From Savitreella phatthalungensis (lineage: Eukaryota), in the NCBI GenBank assembly GCA_051599415.1, contig AP039709.1, forward strand, positions 124,001 through 188,000: a stretch of DNA of 64,000 nucleotides, given 5' to 3'. The notes below the pieces were generated by a model, which saw nothing but the letters and a program-made list of their open reading frames with translations, made no database searches and was not told where the DNA came from. Positions 9,640 through 20,333 of this stretch are shown piece by piece (position 1 is the first letter of the stretch; every line of letters starts with the position of its first letter). The position numbers were made by a program, and so were the translations under genes.

Positions 9640-10666
9640 TTAGAGGTCAAACACTGAAGGCTTATACTTCAGTCTGTACTGCTCATCCAATAGGCTGGCG
9701 TTGCAGAAGATTGTCTTTCTCTTCTCCTTCTGCGAGTCATCCTCCCAAGTGCGTTCAACCACGCCTTCAGCCGCGCCTTCATCTACTCAAGTCAGTCCTC
9801 GTACTCAATCTCGACGGCAATCTTGGTCACTTACGAATATGCCCAAAGACGTGAAGCTTCGGCTTGATCTCTGCAACGTGCTCAGCCAATAGTTCACAGC
9901 CAACGGCTCCTGCCCCCGGGACATGGTCGAGAAAGTGTTGTGGTGGCGAATGTGTAACGAGTATATCAGCCTGTGGATTCATTACACCCTTCCAGATATC
10001 CTTGCCACGGGGATACATGAACGCCTGTTTGTCAGTCCTCCGTCTCGCACATTTGACGTCTCTCAAGCAAGAAATATCGAGGTGAGCTTGATGACTTACC
10101 CAATCAAAGAACTCTGTCGTGAACCCTGACAGCGAGACTTGCAACGTCCTCCCACGCACTGTGATCGTCGTACTCCCGTGCTCGACGTAGACAATCCCTG
10201 CACGTGTTGCTCTGCGCGAGGTCCACAGACTCTGCAACTTCCGAGCGACCTGCATGGTGACGCCGAGCCCGGCCATCTCATCCGCATGTTTCTCCATGAA
10301 TACATCGTCGAGCGCGAGGTCATGATTTCCTGGCACCACGAGCTTGATCTTGTGTGGAAGTTTCTCTATCTCCAAAAAAGCAGCCTCGACCTGTTCCGCT
10401 GTTCCCCCGCGCGTGAGATCGCCAGCATGAATAAGAACATCACCATCTGGAACCACATCTGTCCAACCCTTGACAGAGTGCGTGTCCGACACACACACCA
10501 CCCTCACCCGATCAGTCTGGACAGGGCGCGAGCATGTGTCCTTGGATCTTCGATCACATGGCCGGTCTATCAGCTTCCAGCCACCAGAGCTCGATCTGCC
10601 ACCGAGAGGGGGTTCAGCAGGAGGTGTATCGATGAATTCTCGCGTCACACGATGGATCCTTTCCAT
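9640..10666 (-). CDS. Calcineurin-like metallophosphoesterase (MPPED/239FB-like), 3 exons: 10666-10100, 10024-9835, 9782-9640
   Basis: Motifs VSDTH, HAGDLT, GNHD, THSPP, and FGHIHE restored by splicing. Introns 10099-10025 (GTAAGT..ACTGAC..CAG) and 9834-9783 (GTAAGT..ACTGAC..TAG). Exons total 900 nt. True start may lie upstream. Confidence 0.85.
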
Positions 10667-11112
10667 CGCACTGATCAGAATCGTCTATCAAGACCAGCCA
10701 ATTGGCGTAAGCTCCTTGTAAATCAAATCTTGCAAAAAAGAGCAAGAAGATAGACTCAGACTTGTGGCTCCTCGACTGATGTAGATGAGATGCTTGTACT
10801 TATCGTTGTAGTAGTGAAGGTTGTGCTTGTACGAGTTGAACCCATTGTTTTGGTGTAAACAGTGTATTCAACTTGCACGTGCATCAAACACTCTCACAAG
10901 ACTCAATTCAAATTTGATTTTCACCCAAACAGGAAACTAAACCATCAATCACGTGTTTGGGATATCAATCAGTACGTCAATGCACAATCACACTGACATA
11001 TATACACACACCTCTTCAAATCCCCGTCTACTGCTCGCTCTGTCGTCCTAGCCTCGCGCTCTAGAAGGCGACACAGCTGGTGATCGCCCAGTATTGCGGG
11101 ACGCTGCTGGGT

Positions 11113-13206
11113 ATGGCGGCTCAGAGTCAGGTGGAGAAGTCGCCATTTGTGACAGGAGGAACGCCAAGGAAGAGGAAGCGCAGTGATGCAACTGGAAGTC
11201 CAGTCTCTACTACTCGCTCAGCTAAGCAGGCTCGCCTTCTGGGACTCTCATCTGCTGGTCGTACCAGACTAGCACTTGACGCGCTTGCCGTGAAAGCTTC
11301 CGGAGAAGACTCGGAATCCCGTGCATCGTCTGCAGCAGCGTCAGCAGCAGCAGCAGCAGCAGCAGGGATTGCCGCTGCTGAAGCAGATGAAGCCACTGTC
11401 CACGACGCAGCCTCGGCTTCAGACGCCTCCCAGGACCTCTCTTCAGACTCTGACGCGGCTTCTGAGGCAGCCTCTGAACCTGACGAACTGGTCATCGAGG
11501 CACCGCCACCGGCACAGACCCCGCAAAAGACAGTGCAATTTGCAGATGCATCGACAAATACCACCGCAGGATCAACAGCTAGAAGACTATTCACCGAAAG
11601 TCAGAAGCCCAAGCCTCTGCAGAGCTCTCCGACAACGAAATCTCCCGTGTCTGCGGCTACCACAGTCGCTTCTGGACCTGCTCGACTACAACTTTCATCT
11701 GAAGAGTATGCGGAAGTGTTGTCACACATCATGCCGAAACTCACAGGACGTTCTTATCCGCCAGTTCTCGGTCTCTCAGACGCTTCCACCGATATCCTGA
11801 CGCTGATGAGAGAATGTGTGAGGCGTGGAGAGAGCAACAGTGCCATCTTACTGGGACCGCATGGATGTGGCAAGACGGTGGTGGTGGAGTCTGTGCTAGA
11901 TGCGCTTTCGAAGAACGGATTACACGAGGGAAGAGACTACTTGGTGGTGCGATTGGATGGTGAGATTCAGACTGACGATCGGGCTGCGCTACGTGCTGTC
12001 GCTCGTCAACTACAACCTGCCGACGCAGACTCGACAGAGATCGCCTCTGCCGACCTGATGACCGCGCTCGTCGCCATCCTTGCACACCCGTCAGAGTTTG
12101 GAGAGTCGGGTGAACCACTCGCGACAATCATGCTGCTCGATAATTTCCATCGATTCGCTGCACAGCCCAGACAGACACTCCTGTACAACCTGTTCGACAT
12201 TGCCCAGTCGAAGAAGGCACCCGTCCTCGTAATTGGTATGACTCCGGCCGTGGACGCCTTCGACATGCTCGAGAAGCGCGTTAAGAGTCGATTCTCACAC
12301 CGCGTCATTCAGCTCCCTGGTCTACCATCATTTGACATTTTCAGAAAGGTCTGCGAACGTCTGCTGAAATGTCCGGCAGCTGGACTTGCCGCCGACGCTG
12401 TTGAGTCAGCTGACGACAAAGCGACTGGAGCTCCAGTAGAACCCGTCACAACACGGTGGAACAAGCTGATTGATACTGCACTGACCGTTGACCCGCGCAC
12501 GAAGCGGCCCCCTAATGCCCTAGGCAATCTGCTCGACATCGTCCACGCGACCACACGCGATCCCCGCGATGTCGCACGCTCGCTCGTTTCTCCTCTTGCG
12601 GCACTTTCTCTTGCCGCATCTGGCGAGGATCACGGAGGTGTTGTGGTAGACTTTTCTACAATCTTTTCGCACTCTTCTGCCGCAGCGCTCGCAGGCTCAC
12701 CATTGCCTGATGGTAAGGCTGGTCTCTGCGCTGGGCTGTCGCAGCTTGAAGCCGGGCTACTCGTCTGTGCAGCCCGTATCGAGATCCGATATGCTCGATC
12801 GGCTGCCACCGCCACCGCTGCCACAGCGAGCGTGCCCATTTCATTCGCAACGACTTACGAAGAGTACAGCACATTGTCGAAGCGGGCTACCGTGGCTCAG
12901 CGCCTCGCTGGCATTGCCAACGCGCGCGTCATCTCACGAGACCTCGCACGCGCCTCCTGGGAGCGACTCACCGCGACAGGACTCCTAGTCCCGATCACAG
13001 GTGCTCAGAACACCACAGCGGCCGACATAAAAGAAGCAGCAGCAACGGGCACAGCAGCCGCAGCGACAGCAGCCTCAGGCAAGACCAAAGCTTCCGAGTT
13101 CAGACCATTCAAGGTCGAGTTGACATTGATGGAGCTGGTGGCAGCGTTGAGGAAAGTGCCTGGGATGCCAGCATCGCTCATCGCCTGGGCTCGAGAGGTA
13201 ACGTGA
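11113..13206 (+). CDS. ORC4: Origin recognition complex subunit 4
   Basis: GESNSAILLGPHGCGKT Walker A, QTLLYNLFDIAQS, LEKRVKSRFSHRVI, C-terminal winged-helix region. ATG at 11113. Confidence 0.93.
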   Translation: MAAQSQVEKSPFVTGGTPRKRKRSDATGSPVSTTRSAKQARLLGLSSAGRTRLALDALAVKASGEDSESRASSAAASAAAAAAAGIAAAEADEATVHDAASASDASQDLSSDSDAASEAASEPDELVIEAPPPAQTPQKTVQFADASTNTTAGSTARRLFTESQKPKPLQSSPTTKSPVSAATTVASGPARLQLSSEEYAEVLSHIMPKLTGRSYPPVLGLSDASTDILTLMRECVRRGESNSAILLGPHGCGKTVVVESVLDALSKNGLHEGRDYLVVRLDGEIQTDDRAALRAVARQLQPADADSTEIASADLMTALVAILAHPSEFGESGEPLATIMLLDNFHRFAAQPRQTLLYNLFDIAQSKKAPVLVIGMTPAVDAFDMLEKRVKSRFSHRVIQLPGLPSFDIFRKVCERLLKCPAAGLAADAVESADDKATGAPVEPVTTRWNKLIDTALTVDPRTKRPPNALGNLLDIVHATTRDPRDVARSLVSPLAALSLAASGEDHGGVVVDFSTIFSHSSAAALAGSPLPDGKAGLCAGLSQLEAGLLVCAARIEIRYARSAATATAATASVPISFATTYEEYSTLSKRATVAQRLAGIANARVISRDLARASWERLTATGLLVPITGAQNTTAADIKEAAATGTAAAATAASGKTKASEFRPFKVELTLMELVAALRKVPGMPASLIAWAREVT

Positions 13207-13227
13207 TTCCTCAGGATGGCACAGGTT

Positions 13228-14364
13228 TTATGTGACCGGGGCTTCAGGCTCGACGTCGAGGATCTTGTCTCCCATTGCTGTCAGCTTGCGATTGATCCTG
13301 TCGCGGATGATGGACCATGTGGCTAAGGCCACTTTCGCCGCACCGAACAGAAGGATTAGAATGAATGCGGCTTCTCCAAAACCAACGCCGTCCCCGGAGT
13401 CACCACGTCCGTTCCCGCCACGTCGGCGTCGCGTCGAACCTCCACCGAACAGCTGTCTCACCCCCAGCAACGATCGGGAGCCGAAAGCACCCACCAATCC
13501 AACCAGTCCCAGGGATGCGAAACCCTGAACAAAGTGGTACACGTCTAGTGTGAACACATCCTTCAAAGTTCTGGGTCGAGTGGGGACGAGGAGTGTCGCT
13601 GCATCGACGAGATCCTTGCCTGCGTCGATGGGAGAATACCAGAATGGCCCGCCCCATCCGCCCAGGCCGTACCCGAAGAACGAGAACGATGATCTAGTGT
13701 CCATCGCTGATCCCAGTCCCCACAACGCCAGCTTCACGACAAATCCCATCACGAAGCACCCAAAGCACATGGCGATCGCCGTCGCACTGGTCAGCGCCCA
13801 GGCGGACGACAGCGCACGCGCTACAGACGTCCGGTAGAAGTGGTAGTGATACCTGCACTGGTCGCACCTGTAGAAACTCGCGTTATTCCTCGAAGCCCTC
13901 CGCCACTCGTTCAGGCATGACAAATGCACGTACCGCGACGTGCCTCTACACCGGCATGGCGAGATGAGCCGGTCACCGTCTGCCGGCCCGCCAAGGCAGA
14001 TTCTACACTGCCGGTCGTCCAATGGCGTTGTATCTTCTGGCGACGATGTGCGTGACGGTTGTGGAGGAGGAGGAGGGCGCAAATCCTCGGGCGCAGGCTT
14101 GGACGTGTCGGTGTACGGCATCCGCACACGTTCGATCGGCGGCGCATCGAACGCGATATCTCCAGGAGAGTCATCCCCTTCATCCTTCACAGGTACATCC
14201 TCGCCCAAACCAGCGTAAGGCGTCCGATGCCGTTGTCTCAGCACAGAAGCAGCGTCTTCAGGACCAGTCTCTCCACCGGGCGCCGTAGAAACTTCCGACT
14301 CCCTCCCACCACCACCACCACCACCATATCGCTGAGCGCGAAGCCGGCGCACGTCATCGTCCAT
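13228..14364 (-). CDS. Membrane-associated RING-CH (RINGv/MARCH-type) E3 ubiquitin ligase
   Basis: CRIC...LISPCRCRGTSRYVHLSCLNEW...CDQC C4HC3 pattern followed by transmembrane segments. Confidence 0.88.
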   Translation of the reverse strand: MDDDVRRLRAQRYGGGGGGGRESEVSTAPGGETGPEDAASVLRQRHRTPYAGLGEDVPVKDEGDDSPGDIAFDAPPIERVRMPYTDTSKPAPEDLRPPPPPQPSRTSSPEDTTPLDDRQCRICLGGPADGDRLISPCRCRGTSRYVHLSCLNEWRRASRNNASFYRCDQCRYHYHFYRTSVARALSSAWALTSATAIAMCFGCFVMGFVVKLALWGLGSAMDTRSSFSFFGYGLGGWGGPFWYSPIDAGKDLVDAATLLVPTRPRTLKDVFTLDVYHFVQGFASLGLVGLVGAFGSRSLLGVRQLFGGGSTRRRRGGNGRGDSGDGVGFGEAAFILILLFGAAKVALATWSIIRDRINRKLTAMGDKILDVEPEAPVT

Positions 14365-14799
14365 CTCAGCGCGATCTAAACACGCTCAAATGAAGAATGT
14401 CGAGCCTCTAAGCGGGTCTGTAGACTGTAGAGAGAAGGTGAAAGCGATAGATGGAGGTTGTGGGAGGACCCCTTGTGTAACGTGTCACAGATGACGTTAC
14501 CCCACACTTGCACGTGATTTAACACGTGATATTCCCATCAGGCTTCACCAGCCACAATTAACATGTCGGGCTATATTTGAGCCACACGTACACCCGGGTG
14601 TTCCACGTGCATCTGTCCGCCGACTTCCGAAAGGCTTTCGTCTGCTACACTGCTGCTGATGCTGTGTCCTGCTACTGGCAAACAATCGCACAGAGTCACC
14701 TACCGGGCAGCAGCATCAGTGCAGTCACGGTGAATCGTCTCCTGTCGTCATCAGAAGTACTTGTGTCGCTGGTAAGAGCCTTCTATCACACAGACCGAG

Positions 14800-15453
14800 A
14801 TGATTGCTCGTAGACTGCCACGCAACACGAGCTCCCTGCTGGCGTCCTGCCGGCGCGGGTACGCTTCTGCAGCTGGCGGTGACAGCCAGCCGCCGATTGC
14901 GCTGTTTGGCGTTGACGGCACGTACGCGTCTGCCCTGTACACTGCGGCTGCGAAGAGCGGCTCGCTCGACGGTGTTGCCGGTGCGCTGTCGAAGCTGCAG
15001 CAGACGCTGAAGGGTGACGGGCGTGTGAGCGCGTTGATCGGGAACCCTACGCTGACGTCTGCCGACAAGTCTGTGATTGTGGAGGTACTGTCGAAGAGCG
15101 CAGGAGGCGACAAGAGCGTGACAAACCTGCTGAAGGTGATGGCGGAGAACAACAGGCTGGGTCTGCTGCCGCAGGTGTCGGAGGCATTCGCTCAGCTGAT
15201 CGCAGCCCAGAAGGGAGAGGTCGAGGTCACCATCACCTCAGCACAGCCACTCGAGTCAAAGACCATCAAGCAACTCGAGGGATCCATCGCAAAGTCCAAG
15301 TTCGCTGGAGCAGGAAAGAAGCTAAAGGTCCAGAACAAGGTCTCTCCAGAGATCCTAGGAGGACTCATCGTCGAGATCGGCGACAGGACGATCGACACCT
15401 CAGTCCGATCCAGGATCACTCGTCTCAACAAGATCCTGAACGAGGCTGTCTAA
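14800..15453 (+). CDS. ATP5: Mitochondrial ATP synthase OSCP subunit
   Basis: Arg-rich presequence; PPIALFGVDGTYASALY; ENNRL; ILGGLIVEIGDRTID. Confidence 0.95.
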   Translation: MIARRLPRNTSSLLASCRRGYASAAGGDSQPPIALFGVDGTYASALYTAAAKSGSLDGVAGALSKLQQTLKGDGRVSALIGNPTLTSADKSVIVEVLSKSAGGDKSVTNLLKVMAENNRLGLLPQVSEAFAQLIAAQKGEVEVTITSAQPLESKTIKQLEGSIAKSKFAGAGKKLKVQNKVSPEILGGLIVEIGDRTIDTSVRSRITRLNKILNEAV

Positions 15454-15634
15454 TCAGATGACTTCGGGGGTCGACGTTCAAGTCCTCCGACAACAGCAAC
15501 CATTACCATTCCAATTCTGCCAACCACATAAGAAGAGGTAGAGCGACGCAAGGAAAAGGGAATGGAAAGGTTGAAAATGAACAAGAATCCACATAAACAT
15601 CTCTGCTTCCACTGACTCTACCTGATTTTTCAAT

Positions 15635-18600
15635 CTATCCTTGACCGACGGCGTTCAAGTTCTGGGTGTTGACCATGATGCCGTCTGTAACTTCTTGAGC
15701 TAGCATGTTGAGGAGGTTGTTGTTGTTGCCGTTTGCTTGTGGTGCAGGTGTGAGGGTGAGTGCCTGGTTGAGTTCTGTCTGCTGTGCTTGCTGGACTTTC
15801 GCTAGTCCCTGAGCGGTCTGGGTACTCTGTACACCGGTATCCTGAGCGAGCTGCTGGTTTTGGGCACGAACTTGCTGGCCCTGGCGGATCAGACCCTGGA
15901 GGGCGTTGATGTCCCGATTGGCAGCACCAAAGTCACCACGGGCAAGGTCGGTCTGGATTGACCGAACGGTTGCCAACTCAGCCTGCTGAATCCGCAAGTT
16001 CTCCGCAATGCCAGCGCGCAGACGAGCTTGTGGATTGTTACCACCATTGCCAACCACTTGACCAGCAGCGCCGGCAAAGCTCGCCCGGTTGACGCCGTTG
16101 TTGACGTTGTTGAAGCCGTTGTTGACGTTGAAGCCATTTCCTCCACGATTCAATCCATTGTTGAAGTTCTGATTGTTGAAACCTGTGTTGAAGCCGTTGT
16201 TCACGTTGTTGAAGCCTGTGCCGGCTCGATTGAGTCCATTGTTGAAGTTCTGACCATTGAAACCCGTGTTCAGGTTCTGGTTGTTGAAGCCTCCATTGAC
16301 TCCATTGTTCAATCCGTTCAATCTTCCGACGTTGTTCAGGTTGTTGAAGTTGTTGTTCAACCCATTGCCGGTATTAAAGCCGTTGATGTTGTTCAGGTTT
16401 TGACCATTCAGGCCATTGTTGAAGCCATTCAGGTTGTTCAATCCGCGATTCAAGCCGTTGATGTTGTTGAAGTTCTGCCCATTCAAACCATTGAAGTTGT
16501 TCAGCCCACGGTTCAAGCCGTTGAAATTGTTTATTCCATTGATGTTGTTGAAGTTCTGCCCGTTCAGTCCGTTGTTCAGTCCGTTCAAGCCATTGAGGTT
16601 GTTCAGCCCGCGGTTCAAGCCGTTGATGTTGTTCAGGTTATTGAAGTTCTGCCCGTTCAGACCGTTGTTGTTCAATCCATTGAAGCCGTTTATGTTATTC
16701 AGCCCGCGGTTCAAACCATTGATGTTGTTCAGGTTGTTGAGGTTCTGGCCATTGAGACCGTTGTTAAGACCATTGACGTTGTTCAACCCGTTTAAACCGT
16801 TGGGACGCTGTGCATTGAGGCCATTGACGTTATTGAGACCATTCAGACCATTCAGGCGCTGAGCGTTGAGGCCATTGATATTGTTGATGGTCAGACCGGC
16901 GTTGTTGAGGCCATTGACGTTATTCAACCGTCCATTCAGGTTATTGACATTGTTGAGCCCAGCGGTATTGAGACCGTTGTTGACGCCGTTGAGGTTGTTC
17001 AAGCGGCCGTTCAGGTTGTTGACATTGTTTAACCCAGCGGTGTTCAGACCATTCAGACCATTGACATTGTTCAATCGCGCAGCGTTGGCACCGGTGTTGA
17101 GCCCGTTGATGCCACGATTGAGACCATTGATGTTGTTGTTATTGTTGAGGGCGTTGATGTTCGTTAGACGACCGTTCAGATTGTTGACGCCGTTCAGGCC
17201 TGCCGTATTGATGCCGTTGTTGACGCTATTGATGTTGTTCAATCGTCCGCTCAGAGCGTTCTGGTTATTTAACCCGGCAGTGTTGAGACCATTGCTGGCA
17301 CCATTGACGTTGTTCAGCCGTCCATTCAAGGTGTTTGGAGTGTTCAATCCTGCGGTGTTGAGACCGTTGTTGAGACGACCAGTGTTTTGGCCTCGGACGT
17401 TGTTCAGCTGGGAGTTCAGCCCGCCGTTAAAGCCAGTCGTTTGGCCTCGGACATTGTTCAGCTGGGAGTTCAGCCCACCGGTGGGACCAGCGTTGTTCAG
17501 GTTGATGTTGATGGCGTTCTGGCCAGATTGACCCCTTTGGGCAGCATTGAGGTTGTTGGAAAGACCGGGAGCAACACCGCGATTGGCTGTATTTAGCTGC
17601 GATGAAAGGCGTCCATCAGCCTGCTGTGCAGACTGCAAAGATGTTCGCACGGCGTTATTGCTGGCGGCCGTCGTTTGTCCGGTCGCGAGCTGACCAGTGC
17701 GGACAAGTGTATTCTGTTGACCGCCTCGAGCCTGTGTCGTGGTCTGCTGGCCGCGAAGCGCATTGACAGCATTACCAGCACGACTCTGTGAGCCCGGATT
17801 ATTGAGTTGCTGCGTGCCAGTGGTACCGCCTCGCGGTGCATTGATGCCAGCGGGAACTGTCGATTGGGCAAGATTGCTTCTGACACCTCCTGCGACCTGC
17901 TGGCGATTGACCGTCTGGGTTCTCTGCTGTCCAGTGAGCGTGTTGACGCCACCAAGAGAATTTCCGCCGGTCGTTGCCCCACGAGTTGTGGCCCCTGTCT
18001 GCTGGCCTGTGAGCCGCGTCGTTGTGAGCTGAGAGGTCTGAAGTCCATTCTGCCTGGTATTCGTGGACGCTAGACCGCCGGTATTGGGCGCTGTTCTAGG
18101 ACGGGCGACCTGTGATGCTTGCAGGTTTTGTGCGGCTTGAGTGCCAGTCTGAGTCCTTTGTGTGGTGCTTTGTCCTGCTAGACGACCTGCTGGTGCTGTA
18201 GCTGGGCGATTGTTTGTAGTAAGAGAAGTGGACAGTCCAGAAGTTCCGAGCGGGTTTGTCGGTCCTCTGGCACGCCCGCCGGCTGCAATGCCAGTATTTG
18301 TCGGCGTCGACGACCGCGCCGGAGCGCTGCTTCCGGCTGCAAGTGACGTCTGCAGGCCTGTTTGACGGTTGTTCTGGCCTGTCGGAGTCGTCTGTCGGAC
18401 ATTACCACGTGTAGCAGTGAGCGAGCCCTGTAAGCCCGTCTGACTACCGCTGGTTAGAGAGCCCTGTCGCGTTCGAGCAGGGGAACCTGTAGTCGTGGTC
18501 TGACGCGTTGTTGCTCGAGTGTTTGCCAATGACGTCTGCAGATTGTTTTGACGGGCACTCTGACCGCCCGATGCCGCGGGACTTCGGTTCTGGCCTGTCT

Positions 18601-19141
18601 GAGCTGCGGGACGAGTTGTCGCACGCGTGGCTCCAAGGTTCGTCTGCAAATTGTTCTGACGTGTATTTTGACCCGCCGCAGAAGCTGGGCGCGTAGTTGA
18701 ACCTGTCTGAGCGGTGGGCTGGCGCGTAATGGCACGAGTATTGGCGAGAGAACTCTGGAGACCTGTCTGGCGAGCACCTGTCTGGGTCGTCTGACGGGCC
18801 TGAGCAGCGAGTCCGCTCGTCTGACGCGTGGACGTAGTCTGACGTGTGGTCGCTCGCGTGTTGGCTTGTGAGGCTTGGAGACTTGTGCCGCGAGGTGTGG
18901 TTGCTGCTTGCCTGGTCTGGCTCGTCAACTGTCTCGTTGACTGACCCGTCGTTCCTCCAGTACGTACCGCGGAAGTCGAGGCGGTCGAACGCTGTGCCGG
19001 AGGAGTACTAGCCTTTCGTGATGTCGGCTGCTTTTGTGGAGTAGATTGCCTCTGTGGTGTGCTCGAGGCGGGCCGAGAAGCACGCTGTGCATCACCGAAA
19101 TTGCTAAGCAGGGCAAGAAGGAGCAAGCCTGGAAGGCGCAT
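15635..19141 (-). CDS. Secreted 1168-aa repetitive protein: Thr/Gln/Arg repeats, Asn/Gly/Leu repeats, C-terminal helical domain
   Basis: ATG at 19141 gives signal peptide MRLPGLLLLALLSNFGDA. 3.5-kb uninterrupted ORF with amino-acid-level repeats. Confidence 0.85.
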   Translation of the reverse strand: MRLPGLLLLALLSNFGDAQRASRPASSTPQRQSTPQKQPTSRKASTPPAQRSTASTSAVRTGGTTGQSTRQLTSQTRQAATTPRGTSLQASQANTRATTRQTTSTRQTSGLAAQARQTTQTGARQTGLQSSLANTRAITRQPTAQTGSTTRPASAAGQNTRQNNLQTNLGATRATTRPAAQTGQNRSPAASGGQSARQNNLQTSLANTRATTRQTTTTGSPARTRQGSLTSGSQTGLQGSLTATRGNVRQTTPTGQNNRQTGLQTSLAAGSSAPARSSTPTNTGIAAGGRARGPTNPLGTSGLSTSLTTNNRPATAPAGRLAGQSTTQRTQTGTQAAQNLQASQVARPRTAPNTGGLASTNTRQNGLQTSQLTTTRLTGQQTGATTRGATTGGNSLGGVNTLTGQQRTQTVNRQQVAGGVRSNLAQSTVPAGINAPRGGTTGTQQLNNPGSQSRAGNAVNALRGQQTTTQARGGQQNTLVRTGQLATGQTTAASNNAVRTSLQSAQQADGRLSSQLNTANRGVAPGLSNNLNAAQRGQSGQNAININLNNAGPTGGLNSQLNNVRGQTTGFNGGLNSQLNNVRGQNTGRLNNGLNTAGLNTPNTLNGRLNNVNGASNGLNTAGLNNQNALSGRLNNINSVNNGINTAGLNGVNNLNGRLTNINALNNNNNINGLNRGINGLNTGANAARLNNVNGLNGLNTAGLNNVNNLNGRLNNLNGVNNGLNTAGLNNVNNLNGRLNNVNGLNNAGLTINNINGLNAQRLNGLNGLNNVNGLNAQRPNGLNGLNNVNGLNNGLNGQNLNNLNNINGLNRGLNNINGFNGLNNNGLNGQNFNNLNNINGLNRGLNNLNGLNGLNNGLNGQNFNNINGINNFNGLNRGLNNFNGLNGQNFNNINGLNRGLNNLNGFNNGLNGQNLNNINGFNTGNGLNNNFNNLNNVGRLNGLNNGVNGGFNNQNLNTGFNGQNFNNGLNRAGTGFNNVNNGFNTGFNNQNFNNGLNRGGNGFNVNNGFNNVNNGVNRASFAGAAGQVVGNGGNNPQARLRAGIAENLRIQQAELATVRSIQTDLARGDFGAANRDINALQGLIRQGQQVRAQNQQLAQDTGVQSTQTAQGLAKVQQAQQTELNQALTLTPAPQANGNNNNLLNMLAQEVTDGIMVNTQNLNAVGQG

Positions 19142-19430
19142 CCTGTACAGTACAGATGAGAAGAAGCGGAGTGGAGATGGTGGTCCGACGACCTTGCACC
19201 ACAAGGCGTCTTATACGCCGATCGAGATCGATCGTTGACGGACATCTGAGACACGTCAAGACCGCACGGGATCCGTCGGAGCTTGTTACGGCCTGTAACA
19301 GGCGTTTGAAGTCACTCATCCAGCGCAAAGTTTGAGGATGTCATGAGACATAGCGGAAGATAGATTGGCATAAATGCTGTGAGAGGTTATGCATCGAAAC
19401 AAGTGCTGGGTGCCAGGCTGGCGAACTAGA

Positions 19431-19864
19431 CTATACCAGCATCGAAAGCCATCCTGCGAGCATCATGAGACCTTGACGTGTCAGTATGTCACTTGTCGAA
19501 GGAATGATTCGTTGTTCTAGAGTCGACAGGGAGAAGACTTACCACCAATGGGCGTGACTGGACCAAGGATCTTACGCAACCGGTCGGAGCCGAGGACGAG
19601 ACCATAGATACTGCCGCTAAAGGCTGTGACACCTGCGATGAGGAGCGGCGCTGTGTATCTAGAGCGCGAATATCGTGGGTGGAGCGAGACTCCTAAAAGC
19701 ACAACACTGTGAACAAGGAGATACTGGGATGCAGTTTCCCAGTTCTTGATTGACTTTGCAGGCATATCTCTCGCCTGAAGACCGTGTGCACCAAAGGCGC
19801 CCAGACCGACTGCTAGGAATCCATATCCTGCGCCTACTTTCCAGATTGATGCGGGCGATAGCAT
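19431..19864 (-). CDS. DUF423/TMEM256 family membrane protein, 2 exons: 19864-19543, 19471-19431
   Basis: GAFGAHGL, FSGSIY, GPVTPIGG. Intron 19542-19472 (GTAAGT..ACTGAC..AAG) restores the terminal GLMMLAGWLSMLV*. Confidence 0.9.
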
Positions 19865-20333
19865 ATCTGATAGCGATGTGAGATAAGATGGAATAGAGAG
19901 TGAAGTGGTCGAGGTGTCCTTAGGTGTATGGATGACGCCAGTGTGTGTTTTGTGGGGTCACGTTATTTGTGCATCTGTGCATCTGTGCATCCATTCAATT
20001 GCTTGGTATACCCGAGGGATGGTGGACACGTGCAAGCTATCGACCTGGACATGTGGCGGAAAGCTGATGGATGCACATGTTATGCACAAACTTTTGCCAC
20101 AGAGGTCGAAGAGTCTGCGGCTACCTTGCCTTGGTGGTCTCTGCAGATACTGGATTTTGAAGGCCGTTGAGCCGCGGATACCGCCGTTGTCTACAATCTG
20201 GAGAGCTACTCCCTTTTGTGTTAGTTGTCAATGTCATCTGACATGGTAGAGAAATCCACTTGCTCAGCGCTGTAGCTTATATTGTATAACTGTATGAGTA
20301 CCCGCATATGTATGAATGAGTATAAGTATGGAA

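Noticed and set aside
16028..17531. Long plus-strand ORFs (16028-16795, 16416-16862, 16866-17531)
   Set aside because: Antisense shadows of the AAC-rich repeat gene, which lack stops for compositional reasons.
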